Source: a virus (Duplodnaviria; Caudoviricetes). From it: DNA of 64,000 nucleotides. Every line of letters starts with the position of its first letter. The first letter of the stretch is position 1. A program made the translations under genes and the position numbers. Positions 38,511 to 48,594 of this stretch are shown piece by piece. Where the stretch lies: positions 18,084-82,083 of IMG/VR virus record IMGVR_UViG_3300033121_002300, one strand, 5' to 3'. Below the pieces are notes generated by a model. It had not been told where the DNA came from. It searched no databases and saw only the letters and a list, made by a program, of their open reading frames with translations.

Positions 38511-41500
38511 ATGAGGCAACCGGATCAGTACACAAAAGCAATACAGGATTCCTTGAAACAAGTTTTAGAACAAACTTACAGTAAGATAGACGGAAAAAAT
38601 AAATCAATAGAATTAAATAACATAACATTTGATCCTATTCCTGAAAGTGATAATTACGCTAAGCAAAAAAAGATATTATTAAACAAAGAAACCGAGGGTG
38701 TTAACTTTTATGGAGATGTAAGATTAGTTGATAAAGAATCAGGGAAAATAATTGACGAAAAAAAGAAACTTAAACTAGGTTTATTGCCCACAGTAACAGA
38801 TAGACATTCATTTATAATAAACGGAAAAGAATACAATGTTTTTAATCAACTTAGATTACAACCGGGTATATACACAAAAATAGATCAAAATGGATTACCA
38901 GTTGCGGGATTTAATCTGGAAAAAGGTAAGAACATGCAAATAACATATGTTCCCGCAAAAGAAAGGATGATGTTAAAAATTGAAAACACCAATATACCAT
39001 TATACACACTCCTTAAAGATGTTTATAATTTACCGGAATCAAAATTAATTGAAGCGTTTGGAAAAGAATTTCACGGGTATCAGATTGATAAATATAAGAA
39101 TGACTCTGAAAGATATTTAAACAATTTATATAAAGCTTTGACAGGTAATGAAGTTTCAGGTAGAACACCAAATCAGATGGCAATTGAAATAAAAGAGAGA
39201 TTAAGTAAAACATCTATGAATCCTGAAATAACCAAAATGACAACAGGAAAAGAATTTTCAAGTGTCACATCAGACTCTATTTTGGAAGGAGCAAAACAGG
39301 TACTAGGAATTCATCAAGGTAAAATCAACCCATCTGAAAGAGATAATTTAGCTTTTAAATCAGTATTATCGGCTGAAGATTTCATTAAGGAAAAATTCAC
39401 CAAACTTGCACCTCAAATAAAAAACAAGATTAAATTTAAGTTAGATAAATCAGATAAAATAATGGATACCGGAATATCAAGACAGGTGAGAGAAACTTTA
39501 AATGATTTTTTTACAAAAAGTAGACTGGTTAATTACTCTCAACAAATCAACCCAATGGAATTTCTTGAAAGCAGTCACAAAATAACCTCAATAGGAGAAG
39601 GCGCTATTTCAGATGTACACTCATTACCGATTGAGAATAGAGATATACACTGGTCATTTGGTGGGTTCATAGACCCTGTAAGGACACCTGATAATATGAG
39701 AGCTGGAGCGGATGTAAGAACAGCGATGTCAGCATGGAAGGAGGGTAATACACTTAAGTCATTAGCTTTTAATAAATCAGGTCAACCGGTCGAAGTTTCT
39801 CCAGCTGAATTGTTTTATAAAACCTATTCAATGCTGAATCAAAAATCAACAATTAAAGAAAACGGTCAAGAACTTTTTCCTGCATTTAGAAAAGGAAATA
39901 TTGTTTACGTGCCCAAGAAAGAAATTGATTTTTTTGTAAAACCAGATTATGCCTTTACTCCAACAACGGCATATATCCCTTTTCTTGAATCAAATCAAGG
40001 TCAAAGATGCGCAATGGGAGCTAAAATGTTAACTCAAGCCTTATCATTAAAAGACAGAGAGACTCCATTAATTTCAACAGATGCCAGTAAGTTAATAGAA
40101 AATTCTTACGTACCAAAGTCAAAAGTTGACGGAGTTGTTGAGAAAATAAATAAAGACACATTGGAAATAAGAGATGAAAACGGAAACATTCATCATCACA
40201 ATGTACCTAATAACTTCCCATTAAATTACCACTCATTTCTTGATTTTACTCCACTTGTAAAACCAGGTGATAAGGTTAAACAAGGTGACGTACTAGGTGA
40301 TACAAATTTTTCCAGGAACGGAAAAATGGCGCTTGGAGTAAACTTAAACGTTGCTTATATGCCATATAAAGGTTTAAATAACGATGATGCATTTGTTATA
40401 ACTCAGCAAGGAGCAGATAAGCTAACGTCACTGCATACATTTATATATGAATTACCATTATCTCCGGGAATAATTGCAGATAAAGAAAAATTCAGATCAT
40501 ATTATCCAAACAAATATTCAGTTCAGCAATTAATGAAAATACAAAATTCAATAATTAAACAGGGAGCAAAAGTTGAGCCAGGAGATCCGTTGATTTTAGC
40601 ATTAAGGAAAAAAAGTGAGTCACCTGAGGTCTTAATGATAGGAAAGATGTCGAGTCGAATATCTAATCCTTATGAGGATATTTCAATTTCATGGGATAAA
40701 GATTATCCTGGTGAAGTTATCGAAGTAGTAAGCGCAGGAGATCATTTAAAGGTAATTGTAAAAGCGGAAAGCCCTATGGTCATAGGAAGTAAGCTAGCTG
40801 GTAGATATGGTAATAAAGGGGTTGTAGCAGAAATTATCCCAAACCACCTTGCTCCAAAAAAAGAAAATGGAGAAATTCCTGATATAATAATGAACCCATC
40901 AACGATACCAAGCCGTATGAATGTAGGTCAAACTCTTGAAACAGGATTGGCTAAGATAATAAAAAATAAAGGGCTTAACTCTCAATATATTCAAAACTTT
41001 AGCGGAGTTAAGAATATAGAAGAAATGGAAAAAGCCATGGATAAAGCTGGTATAAAAGGAAGTGAAACATATATAGATCCTGAGACCGGAAAAAAAATTC
41101 CAAACGTATTTAACGGATATCAATATATTTTAAAATTATTTAAAGAAGCTGAAACTGCTTATTCAGCGAGAAGTACTGGTAAATATGATATTGACTTAAG
41201 ACCAATGAGAGGTGGGGTTGAAGGAAGTAAAGCAATTGGAATGTTAGACTTTTATGGAGTGTTGGCTCATAAGGGAGGTAATCGAGCTCTTTTATCAGAA
41301 ATGGGTACTCTTAAGGCTGAATACAATCCTGAGTTTTGGTCAAGCTTATTACAAGGTAAACCGCTCCCTGCCCCAAAACCTACATTTGCTTTTAATAAAT
41401 TTATTGGAATGATGCAGGGTATGGGAATAAACCTCCAAAAGAACGGTAACACAATGAAATTGATTCCATTTACAGATAAAGATATTGAAAAAATTTCAAA

Positions 41501-44486
41501 TGGCGAAATAACAAAAGCGAGTACAGTTTTTGCTAAACCAGATGAAAAAACAGGGCTACCATTTAGACCTGAAACAAATGGATTATTTGACCCAGCAAAA
41601 ACAGGTGGACTTAAAGGGACGAATTTCACTCATATAAATTTAGCTGTCCCTGTTGTCAATTCAATGTTTGAAAAACCAATAAGAACATTGCTTAATCTTA
41701 AACAGGACGAGTTTAAAAAAATATCAGAAGGAAGCAAAACTGTAACAATAAATAATGAAGAGTTAACAGGGGGAAAGGCAATACACGAATTACTTAAATC
41801 AATAAATCCCAAAACAGAACTAGATAAATTAAAAACAAATGTATTAACAACTAAGTCAATAACAAAAAAAGACGATATGATAAAAAAAATAAAATACTTA
41901 CAACCCTTGGTTGAAAATAAATTACTACCACATGAAGCTTATACTTTTACGAAATTACCGGTAATACCTCCAGCTTTCAGACCAATTTACCCTGACTCAG
42001 AAGGCAAAATGGTGGTATCAGATGCAAATCATTTATATAAAGAAGTTATTGAATTTAATAATCAAATGAAAAGTCCATTAATGCAAGCATTAGATCACAA
42101 TGATCCCATTTATCAAAAGGCACATAGGAATTTATTTAATTCAATAAAAAAACTACAGGGGCTTGATGGCACAACTGATTCAATGGATTTTTCAGCAAGA
42201 GAACCAAAAGGGTTTCTTCAGACGATAGTTGGAACAAATGCAAAGTATGGGTATTTCCAAAATAAATTAGTTTCTAAAGTTCAAGATTTGGTAGGGCGAA
42301 GTGTAATTACCCCTGATACTAAATTAGGTATAGATGAATTAGGTATTCCTGAGCCAATGGCCTGGGAATTATACACCCCATTTATCATTGGAGAGCTATC
42401 AAAAAGCGGATACGCACTTCCTCAAGCAACAGAAGAAGTTAAAAACCGAACACAACTTGCTAGGAATATTTTACAATCACAAATGAAAGAAAGACCGGTT
42501 ATATTAAACAGAGCTCCAACGCTGCATAAATTTAATATGATGGCTTTTAAACCTTCGCTAACTAACGGAAAACAAATAACAATGCCCTCGTTAGTTAATC
42601 GTGGATTTAATGCTGACTATGACGGGGATACAGTATTATCATCGGTGTTTTGTAGGTTTAAATTAGTTGACATTAAATCAATTAACAAGTATAATACAAA
42701 TGGAAACATTTATATTGAGGAAAATATTATGACATTCACAAACAAAATCTTATATCAAAATGGATTAATTAATCTTAGGGATTTTCCAAGAATTGAAGAA
42801 ACAAAAATAGTCAAAGATAATAAAGAATTTTATAAAGTGCCACAAGGGGTTGAGGTTTTAACTTTAAATAATGAAGGAGAGTTTAAATGGTTACAGGTTG
42901 ATGAATATTCAATACATAAAAACTTAATAATGAATGAGATTTCAACTCATAAAAACAGAACAGTTCAGGCTAGTAACGATCACTCATTTGTAACACTTGA
43001 TTCTGATTTAAATATAATAATGTCCAAAGCTGAATTAAATATGTTAATCCCGTGTAAGGTATCACCGGTTTTCCAGAGTTCTATTTATGATCTAAAATTA
43101 GAATTTAAAGATAGAACGAATAGAAAGCATACATTTAGAGATAGAATGGAATTAAATTATTTTACTGGTCACTTAATTGGATGTATTGTCGGTGACGGAT
43201 GGGTCTCATCCGTAGCAAAAGATAAAGGAGCTATTTGCTTTGCTTCTATTACACAGGAGTTAAACAAGCAGTGGAAAAAAACAATAGAAAAGTATATCGT
43301 TTCAGAATCAGAGGTAGTTCACTTATCATCAGTTAATTGTGATCATGTATATGAAGGGTTTGAATGTAAATCAAATAAAATAACTTGGTTTTCAGCAGGG
43401 GAATTCGCTTTATTGATTAAAGATTGGGTTGGACATGGAGCTCAAAAAAAACATTTACCACCATTCTTCCTTGAGTCACCAATTGATTTTCGTAAAGGGC
43501 TTTTGGCTGGATTACTGGATACAGATGGTACTGTTAGTATTAATTCATCAGGAATAAGAAAGAATAAGTCTCAAGCTAATATTTCTATTTGCACAACATC
43601 TTATCAATTAGCTCATGAGATTATAGCGTTATCTAATTCTTTAGGTTATATATGTGGATTACAATATTCACAAACACCAAAAGGAGAGCCTTGTTATTAT
43701 TGCATATTTGATACAGAGAGTATTCTAAAAATAAAAAAAGAAATATTGCTTTATCATCCAGAAAAGGCCAACAAATTAAAACAAATCAGAGACAATGCAA
43801 ATATTGAAAGAGAAAAATATGGCCCCCCATTAACGGTATCAAGATTAAATGAGCTAAGGAAAATAATAGGAGCTCCTCGTGTTTTCAAAAGAGGAACAAA
43901 GACACCAAGTTTTGAAGGTAAGGAACTTGAAATAGCATATTTAAAACGAAATTTAAACGCTGAAATTGCAGCACAAATAAAAAAATTAGACGGAAGATGT
44001 GGTCATTTAACGCTAGGAAAATGTAAGGAAATAATCTCCCTTAATTTATCTGAAATAAATGAAGACCCATTTTGGTTGCGTTGGAAAGATTGGGTATTAA
44101 ATCCTGATGTTTCTTGGGAGCGTATAACTGATATTAAGCCACTACCTTTTATAACCGAAGCTTACGATTTAACCATCCCTCCTGCATATACAATGGTAAC
44201 CGAGTCCGGTATTGTTGTTTGGGATTCTCTTAACGTCCATATGCCTGTGGCTCCCGATGCTGTTAAAGAGGCATGGAAGATGCTCCCGTCAAATAATCTA
44301 TTTAATCCATTAAATAAAAATCCAATGTTTATGCCAGATCAAGAAGCTGTAATGGGGCTTTATCAAATAAGCACGCCAAAACAAAATACACCGATAATGA
44401 AATTTAAAAGCATTGAAGATGCAAAAAAAGCTTATCATGATGGTAAAATAGATATAAATGATCATATTGAGGTACAAAACAAATAA
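38511..44486 (+). CDS. rpoBC: Multi-subunit-type RNA polymerase: beta fused to the N-terminal part of beta', intein-containing
   Basis: beta motifs SFIINGKEY, GSKLAGRYGNKG, IMNPSTIPSRMNVGQ; beta' motifs LPVIPPAFRP, GRSVI, NRAPTLH, NADYDGD. Confidence 0.95.
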   Translation: MRQPDQYTKAIQDSLKQVLEQTYSKIDGKNKSIELNNITFDPIPESDNYAKQKKILLNKETEGVNFYGDVRLVDKESGKIIDEKKKLKLGLLPTVTDRHSFIINGKEYNVFNQLRLQPGIYTKIDQNGLPVAGFNLEKGKNMQITYVPAKERMMLKIENTNIPLYTLLKDVYNLPESKLIEAFGKEFHGYQIDKYKNDSERYLNNLYKALTGNEVSGRTPNQMAIEIKERLSKTSMNPEITKMTTGKEFSSVTSDSILEGAKQVLGIHQGKINPSERDNLAFKSVLSAEDFIKEKFTKLAPQIKNKIKFKLDKSDKIMDTGISRQVRETLNDFFTKSRLVNYSQQINPMEFLESSHKITSIGEGAISDVHSLPIENRDIHWSFGGFIDPVRTPDNMRAGADVRTAMSAWKEGNTLKSLAFNKSGQPVEVSPAELFYKTYSMLNQKSTIKENGQELFPAFRKGNIVYVPKKEIDFFVKPDYAFTPTTAYIPFLESNQGQRCAMGAKMLTQALSLKDRETPLISTDASKLIENSYVPKSKVDGVVEKINKDTLEIRDENGNIHHHNVPNNFPLNYHSFLDFTPLVKPGDKVKQGDVLGDTNFSRNGKMALGVNLNVAYMPYKGLNNDDAFVITQQGADKLTSLHTFIYELPLSPGIIADKEKFRSYYPNKYSVQQLMKIQNSIIKQGAKVEPGDPLILALRKKSESPEVLMIGKMSSRISNPYEDISISWDKDYPGEVIEVVSAGDHLKVIVKAESPMVIGSKLAGRYGNKGVVAEIIPNHLAPKKENGEIPDIIMNPSTIPSRMNVGQTLETGLAKIIKNKGLNSQYIQNFSGVKNIEEMEKAMDKAGIKGSETYIDPETGKKIPNVFNGYQYILKLFKEAETAYSARSTGKYDIDLRPMRGGVEGSKAIGMLDFYGVLAHKGGNRALLSEMGTLKAEYNPEFWSSLLQGKPLPAPKPTFAFNKFIGMMQGMGINLQKNGNTMKLIPFTDKDIEKISNGEITKASTVFAKPDEKTGLPFRPETNGLFDPAKTGGLKGTNFTHINLAVPVVNSMFEKPIRTLLNLKQDEFKKISEGSKTVTINNEELTGGKAIHELLKSINPKTELDKLKTNVLTTKSITKKDDMIKKIKYLQPLVENKLLPHEAYTFTKLPVIPPAFRPIYPDSEGKMVVSDANHLYKEVIEFNNQMKSPLMQALDHNDPIYQKAHRNLFNSIKKLQGLDGTTDSMDFSAREPKGFLQTIVGTNAKYGYFQNKLVSKVQDLVGRSVITPDTKLGIDELGIPEPMAWELYTPFIIGELSKSGYALPQATEEVKNRTQLARNILQSQMKERPVILNRAPTLHKFNMMAFKPSLTNGKQITMPSLVNRGFNADYDGDTVLSSVFCRFKLVDIKSINKYNTNGNIYIEENIMTFTNKILYQNGLINLRDFPRIEETKIVKDNKEFYKVPQGVEVLTLNNEGEFKWLQVDEYSIHKNLIMNEISTHKNRTVQASNDHSFVTLDSDLNIIMSKAELNMLIPCKVSPVFQSSIYDLKLEFKDRTNRKHTFRDRMELNYFTGHLIGCIVGDGWVSSVAKDKGAICFASITQELNKQWKKTIEKYIVSESEVVHLSSVNCDHVYEGFECKSNKITWFSAGEFALLIKDWVGHGAQKKHLPPFFLESPIDFRKGLLAGLLDTDGTVSINSSGIRKNKSQANISICTTSYQLAHEIIALSNSLGYICGLQYSQTPKGEPCYYCIFDTESILKIKKEILLYHPEKANKLKQIRDNANIEREKYGPPLTVSRLNELRKIIGAPRVFKRGTKTPSFEGKELEIAYLKRNLNAEIAAQIKKLDGRCGHLTLGKCKEIISLNLSEINEDPFWLRWKDWVLNPDVSWERITDIKPLPFITEAYDLTIPPAYTMVTESGIVVWDSLNVHMPVAPDAVKEAWKMLPSNNLFNPLNKNPMFMPDQEAVMGLYQISTPKQNTPIMKFKSIEDAKKAYHDGKIDINDHIEVQNK
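42630..44225 (+). mobile_element. Intein (532 aa) with LAGLIDADG homing endonuclease, inserted directly after NADYDGD
   Basis: Removal restores NADYDGD-SLNVHMP (cf. NADFDGDQMAVHVP); block B TVQASNDH, blocks C/E GCIVGDG and AGLLDTDG, block F AYDLT, end VVWD/S. Confidence 0.9.
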
Positions 44487-46381
44487 TGTTTAATGAATTA
44501 TTATCCACCATGTCTAATATTAAAAGCCCTCAAACGGATTTAGGTCAATTTTTACCAACCGTTTTTGCTAGTCAAGGTAACTTTTCTCCCTTGTTATTTA
44601 ACAAGACCCTTGATTTGTACAATCAAAAATATAATAAAAATGAAAAAAATCCATTTAATAAATATGTTAATAATTATATGGGTTCAAATGTTGTAAAGAA
44701 TATAAAGGAATATAAAGGACTTATTGACAATGAGAAGGCTATTTATGGAGCAAAAGAACCTGGATTTTCATCCTTATTTCTAAATGCAAAAGGTTCTGTA
44801 AATAGAACTTCCCCTTACGAAGAAGTTTTAAAAGCAGGGAAGATTAGAGCTGAATCTTTAAATAAATTAGTTGATTCAGATATTTCTCATACTACCACAA
44901 ATCTAGGTACTAATATGGCATTGCTACAGGGAGAAAATCTAGCTAAAAATTTCATAACTCAAAAAGCCGTTGGCAAAGCTACTGAGTTAATAGCAGATAA
45001 AGTTGGAGATAAACTCAAAGATAAATTCAAGAACTATAACCAAGATCAAATAGCTAAAGTCATAACTGAGACCAGTGATAGGATATCAGGGTTTAATAGA
45101 TCGAAATTAGGATTAATGGATATTGCTAAGTTTATAAATCCAGTGCCTATAATGTTAGGTTCAGCTGGTTTAAAAGCTGGTAATGCGGTAGTAAAACAAG
45201 GTTTAATGGGAGTGCTTGGAGTGCAAGATGCCTATCATGCAACAAGTAATGAATCAGCTAAAAAGATAGTAGAACACGGGTTAGATCCATCAAGAGGCGG
45301 GCAAAAAGGTGGTGCGACAAGGGCTTTAATGAGAGAAGCTTATGAGTCTAATAAGATATACCCAACAATAAAAGCAGCCCCATTGATCTCCCAGCAGCGA
45401 GATGCTTATTTAAAAGTTCCAGTATATGACTTATTCGATCAGGCTGTTCAAAGAAGTTATGTTGGGACAGGTTTAGTCGGAAAGGGTTCAGTTGGATATT
45501 ATGCGGCAAAGACAAACCCTGAAGGTTTTATGGAAAAGGTTAAAAACGTTATTGAATCTACTGCATTAGCACGAAAACAACTAGAACAAACTTCATTCAA
45601 GAATCCAATAAAAAAAATAAAAGCATTTGCGAACACAGCCAAAGAAGTTGCTAAAACTCCACTAAAGGTAAATGACTTATACAATTTTTTATACTCAAAG
45701 AATCCTGAAGAAATGAAAATCGTTGCAACCGCAATGCCGTTCAATGAGTTCCATCAAAGATTTGAACCAGATCCTCAAGATGTTGCATATCTTAGAACAG
45801 GATACAGAACTAAGAGACCGAAAGAGATAGACCCCTTAGGTGAAAAAACATTTACGATGACTGATGATCAACTAGATAAACACGTATCAGATGCTCTTGA
45901 GGGTGTATCAAAGTCTGAATTGCAACCAATAAAAAATTTCAGACCTGGTGAACTATCATATGCTGACATAATAAAAGCGAGAACTCCTCTTTCTGAATAT
46001 GGTAAATTTCTTGGAACATCAAAAGGTAGAAAACATTTTGCAAAAGGGGTAGCCTACCTTGGTGGTGGAGGTTTATTGAGTTATCAAGGTGCTAAGGTTA
46101 TATCAAAGCCATATATTGGGCTCTATAATAAAGTAAAAGGGGACTCTGCTAAAGTGAAGGATTTAATAACTAAGAAGCGTGCTGTAGAACTTAATGAAAC
46201 CTTACCGCTTACTATTAACAAATCAGAAACAGTTGATGTAATTGATAAATCTTTGAAGGAAAATAAAAGTAAAATTATAGATAAATTTCTAACTAAAAGA
46301 AGTCCAATTTTAATGACATTAGGAGCAGGTGCTTTAGCGACAGGAATTGGAACTGGATTATATTATAATAAGGAAAAATAA
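44486..46381 (+). CDS. Putative internal virion/ejection protein with hydrophobic Gly-rich segments
   Basis: Start overlaps the RNAP stop (taatg); YLGGGGLLSY and C-terminal LGAGALATGIGTGLYY. Confidence 0.55.
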   Translation: MFNELLSTMSNIKSPQTDLGQFLPTVFASQGNFSPLLFNKTLDLYNQKYNKNEKNPFNKYVNNYMGSNVVKNIKEYKGLIDNEKAIYGAKEPGFSSLFLNAKGSVNRTSPYEEVLKAGKIRAESLNKLVDSDISHTTTNLGTNMALLQGENLAKNFITQKAVGKATELIADKVGDKLKDKFKNYNQDQIAKVITETSDRISGFNRSKLGLMDIAKFINPVPIMLGSAGLKAGNAVVKQGLMGVLGVQDAYHATSNESAKKIVEHGLDPSRGGQKGGATRALMREAYESNKIYPTIKAAPLISQQRDAYLKVPVYDLFDQAVQRSYVGTGLVGKGSVGYYAAKTNPEGFMEKVKNVIESTALARKQLEQTSFKNPIKKIKAFANTAKEVAKTPLKVNDLYNFLYSKNPEEMKIVATAMPFNEFHQRFEPDPQDVAYLRTGYRTKRPKEIDPLGEKTFTMTDDQLDKHVSDALEGVSKSELQPIKNFRPGELSYADIIKARTPLSEYGKFLGTSKGRKHFAKGVAYLGGGGLLSYQGAKVISKPYIGLYNKVKGDSAKVKDLITKKRAVELNETLPLTINKSETVDVIDKSLKENKSKIIDKFLTKRSPILMTLGAGALATGIGTGLYYNKEK

Positions 46382-46392
46382 GTGAGGTTTTT

Positions 46393-46841
46393 ATGTTGAG
46401 TTATATTATTGAAAAGTGTTTAATTGAAAAAAAGCATTTATGGATTATTTCAAAGAAAAAAAACATAAGAAAATAATAAGGGATTTAAGTAAACAAAAAG
46501 AAATTGCAGAGCTTGAAGATGCTATTGCATATCACAAAGCAAGAGTTCAACATGGGGCATCTTTTGAAAGTAAAATAAATGAACCTTCAATAAATATAGC
46601 AAATGAACTACGGGGTGGAATTAAGGATGTTGGGGATGTTGTTTCCGATGTAATAAAAGAACAGAGAGAAACTAAAATAAAAGGAATCGAAAGAGTTGTT
46701 GATAGAGTAGGTGATAATGTAGTCCAAGTTGCAGAAAAACTTAAACCGTTATACCCATTTCTCGGAACAGCAGCTGTAATAGGAGCAGCAGGCGGTTTAG
46801 TTAAACCAATAGCTCATTTATCCGGATATCAGGAAAAATAA
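46393..46841 (+). CDS. Leader-bearing virion protein interrupted by a -1 frameshift at 46428-46434 (body ORF 46440-46841)
   Basis: RBS gtgagg + ATG 46393 gives MLSYIIEKCLIEKK; a -1 shift continues as AFMDYF...; C-terminal FLGTAAVIGAAGGLV helix. Confidence 0.6.
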
Positions 46842-46851
46842 GGAGATTTAA

Positions 46852-47346
46852 ATGAACGAAGTAATAAAAAAAATAACCTGCATATCTATATCAGGTATAA
46901 TCATTTTATTTACCATTGGTGTATTTGTATTACCAGTAATGAGTAAACCAAGTCAAACCGTAAAAGTTTTAGAAATTATTTCAGGTGACACTATAAAAGT
47001 TTCTATTAATAAAATACAGGTCGTTGTAAAATTAGATCACATAAAAGCTCCATCAGTCAATGAAAATGGTTTCGAGGTAAGTCGCAAATTTTTAGAAACA
47101 ATGATACAAAATCGTTTAATCCAGTTATTTTATTATAAAATAGGTTATTCAGAAATTGCTTATGGCATTGTTTACAATCAAGGGGTTGATATTAATAGAT
47201 ATATGGTTTTATCAGGCTTCGCAAAAGCAACCGAACCTGAATACCACCAAGATAAAAACATAGTAAAAGCCCCTAAATATATTTCAGAGCAAAATGAAGC
47301 TATTAAAAATGATTGCGGTTTATGGAGTATAATATCAGGATATTAA
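46852..47346 (+). CDS. Thermonuclease (SNase)-fold protein with N-terminal anchor, catalytic residues degenerate
   Basis: VLEIISGDTI...VKLDHIKAPS...INRYMVLSGFA; TM/signal at the N-terminus. Confidence 0.8.
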   Translation: MNEVIKKITCISISGIIILFTIGVFVLPVMSKPSQTVKVLEIISGDTIKVSINKIQVVVKLDHIKAPSVNENGFEVSRKFLETMIQNRLIQLFYYKIGYSEIAYGIVYNQGVDINRYMVLSGFAKATEPEYHQDKNIVKAPKYISEQNEAIKNDCGLWSIISGY

Positions 47347-47362
47347 AATGAAGGAAATTTAA

Positions 47363-48559
47363 GTGATTAATTTAAACTCTCTTATAATAAATAAACAAGC
47401 TGAAATAAAAAACAAAGAAAATGAAAGCATTGTCCCTAAAATTATTGGAGGTGTATCATTAATTGCTGCTGGAAAATATTTACATGAAATAAATTCAGCT
47501 CTTAAGCATGAAGATTCGCTGAAAAATATAGAAACCATGTTTAAAGAAATTAAAAAGAATCCAAAACCAATTAAATCTGTAAAAATACCAGAAGGTGTTA
47601 GCGTTATTAGAAATGCAACTGATAAACAAAAATACCTTAACACCTATCAAGATTATATTGCTCCGGAAAAAGTCCAATTAAAAGATCTGTGGAAAAATAC
47701 AACTGAAGCATTTAGAAAACCAACGGCATCAACACTGGCTGATGTAGCTTCGCAATCAGATGGAATGTTTGTGGCTACAAGGAAAATTCCAGGATGGAAA
47801 CACCCAACAGAACAAGATTATGTTAAACCATTTGTTTTTGTTCCTGAAAAACATATAGAAACAGGGGGTCAAATTCTTGAACATGAATTAGGTCACTTTG
47901 ATCAATATCAAAAAGGAGATATTGAATCCTATTTAAGTTTAAAGAATAGAGCTAAGGGTTATGTTAAATCAATCTATAATCCTAAAAAAGATTCAATATA
48001 TCAAATGGAGGCAGATGCTTGGAGAAGAGCAGGGTATAGCGAAGATGATTCAGTTGCAAGACATGCACTAAAAACCTATGAAAATAATGCAAGATTAAAT
48101 AGAACTCATCTACTTAAAAATATTGCAGGTATTACTGGACTAGGAGTAGCCGGTAAAGCTATTTATGATTATAATCACACGTTAAATAATAAGAAAAAAA
48201 ACGCAAGTATAGCCTTGGATCGGTATAGAAAAATTTTAGATGCAGGATACCTATATGAAGGAAATGCTAAAAAATTTCTATATCGAAATATACTTAAAGG
48301 TAAAACACCGGAAGAAATTGGATTCATAAATTTAACAAGGAAAGATAGAGAATCAATAGCCAGGCTCTCATCTAAAGGTAAGGAATATGGAATTGATATA
48401 TCAAGAGACTTTGGTAGAGAAACCTCAAAGGGAGAAATTGGAGCAGTTATTAATAATAGATTATCCAAGTCCTTAAAAGAGGAAGGAAACTTTGACAATT
48501 TGGAAAATATCCTGAATCAATACAAACACAATTTACAAAAAACTTTCCATATTGTATAA
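47363..48559 (+). CDS. Leader-bearing virion protein with HExxH zinc-metallopeptidase-like domain
   Basis: Leader MINLNSLIINKQAE; ILEHELGH plus downstream MEADAW; flanking Gly-rich helices. Confidence 0.65.
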   Translation: MINLNSLIINKQAEIKNKENESIVPKIIGGVSLIAAGKYLHEINSALKHEDSLKNIETMFKEIKKNPKPIKSVKIPEGVSVIRNATDKQKYLNTYQDYIAPEKVQLKDLWKNTTEAFRKPTASTLADVASQSDGMFVATRKIPGWKHPTEQDYVKPFVFVPEKHIETGGQILEHELGHFDQYQKGDIESYLSLKNRAKGYVKSIYNPKKDSIYQMEADAWRRAGYSEDDSVARHALKTYENNARLNRTHLLKNIAGITGLGVAGKAIYDYNHTLNNKKKNASIALDRYRKILDAGYLYEGNAKKFLYRNILKGKTPEEIGFINLTRKDRESIARLSSKGKEYGIDISRDFGRETSKGEIGAVINNRLSKSLKEEGNFDNLENILNQYKHNLQKTFHIV

Positions 48560-48594
48560 TTTATGTATTATAAATACTACACAGGAGAACATTT

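Noticed and set aside
38511-44486. Cellular rpoB-rpoC operon (host chromosome)
   Set aside because: No ribosomal-protein or rpoA context; the enzyme is highly divergent, fused and split, lacks the beta' Zn domain and is surrounded by terminase, capsid and tail genes
44486-46381. Tape-measure protein
   Set aside because: No periodic Trp/Phe repeats or lysozyme domain, and not in the tube-baseplate context; treated as an internal/ejection protein
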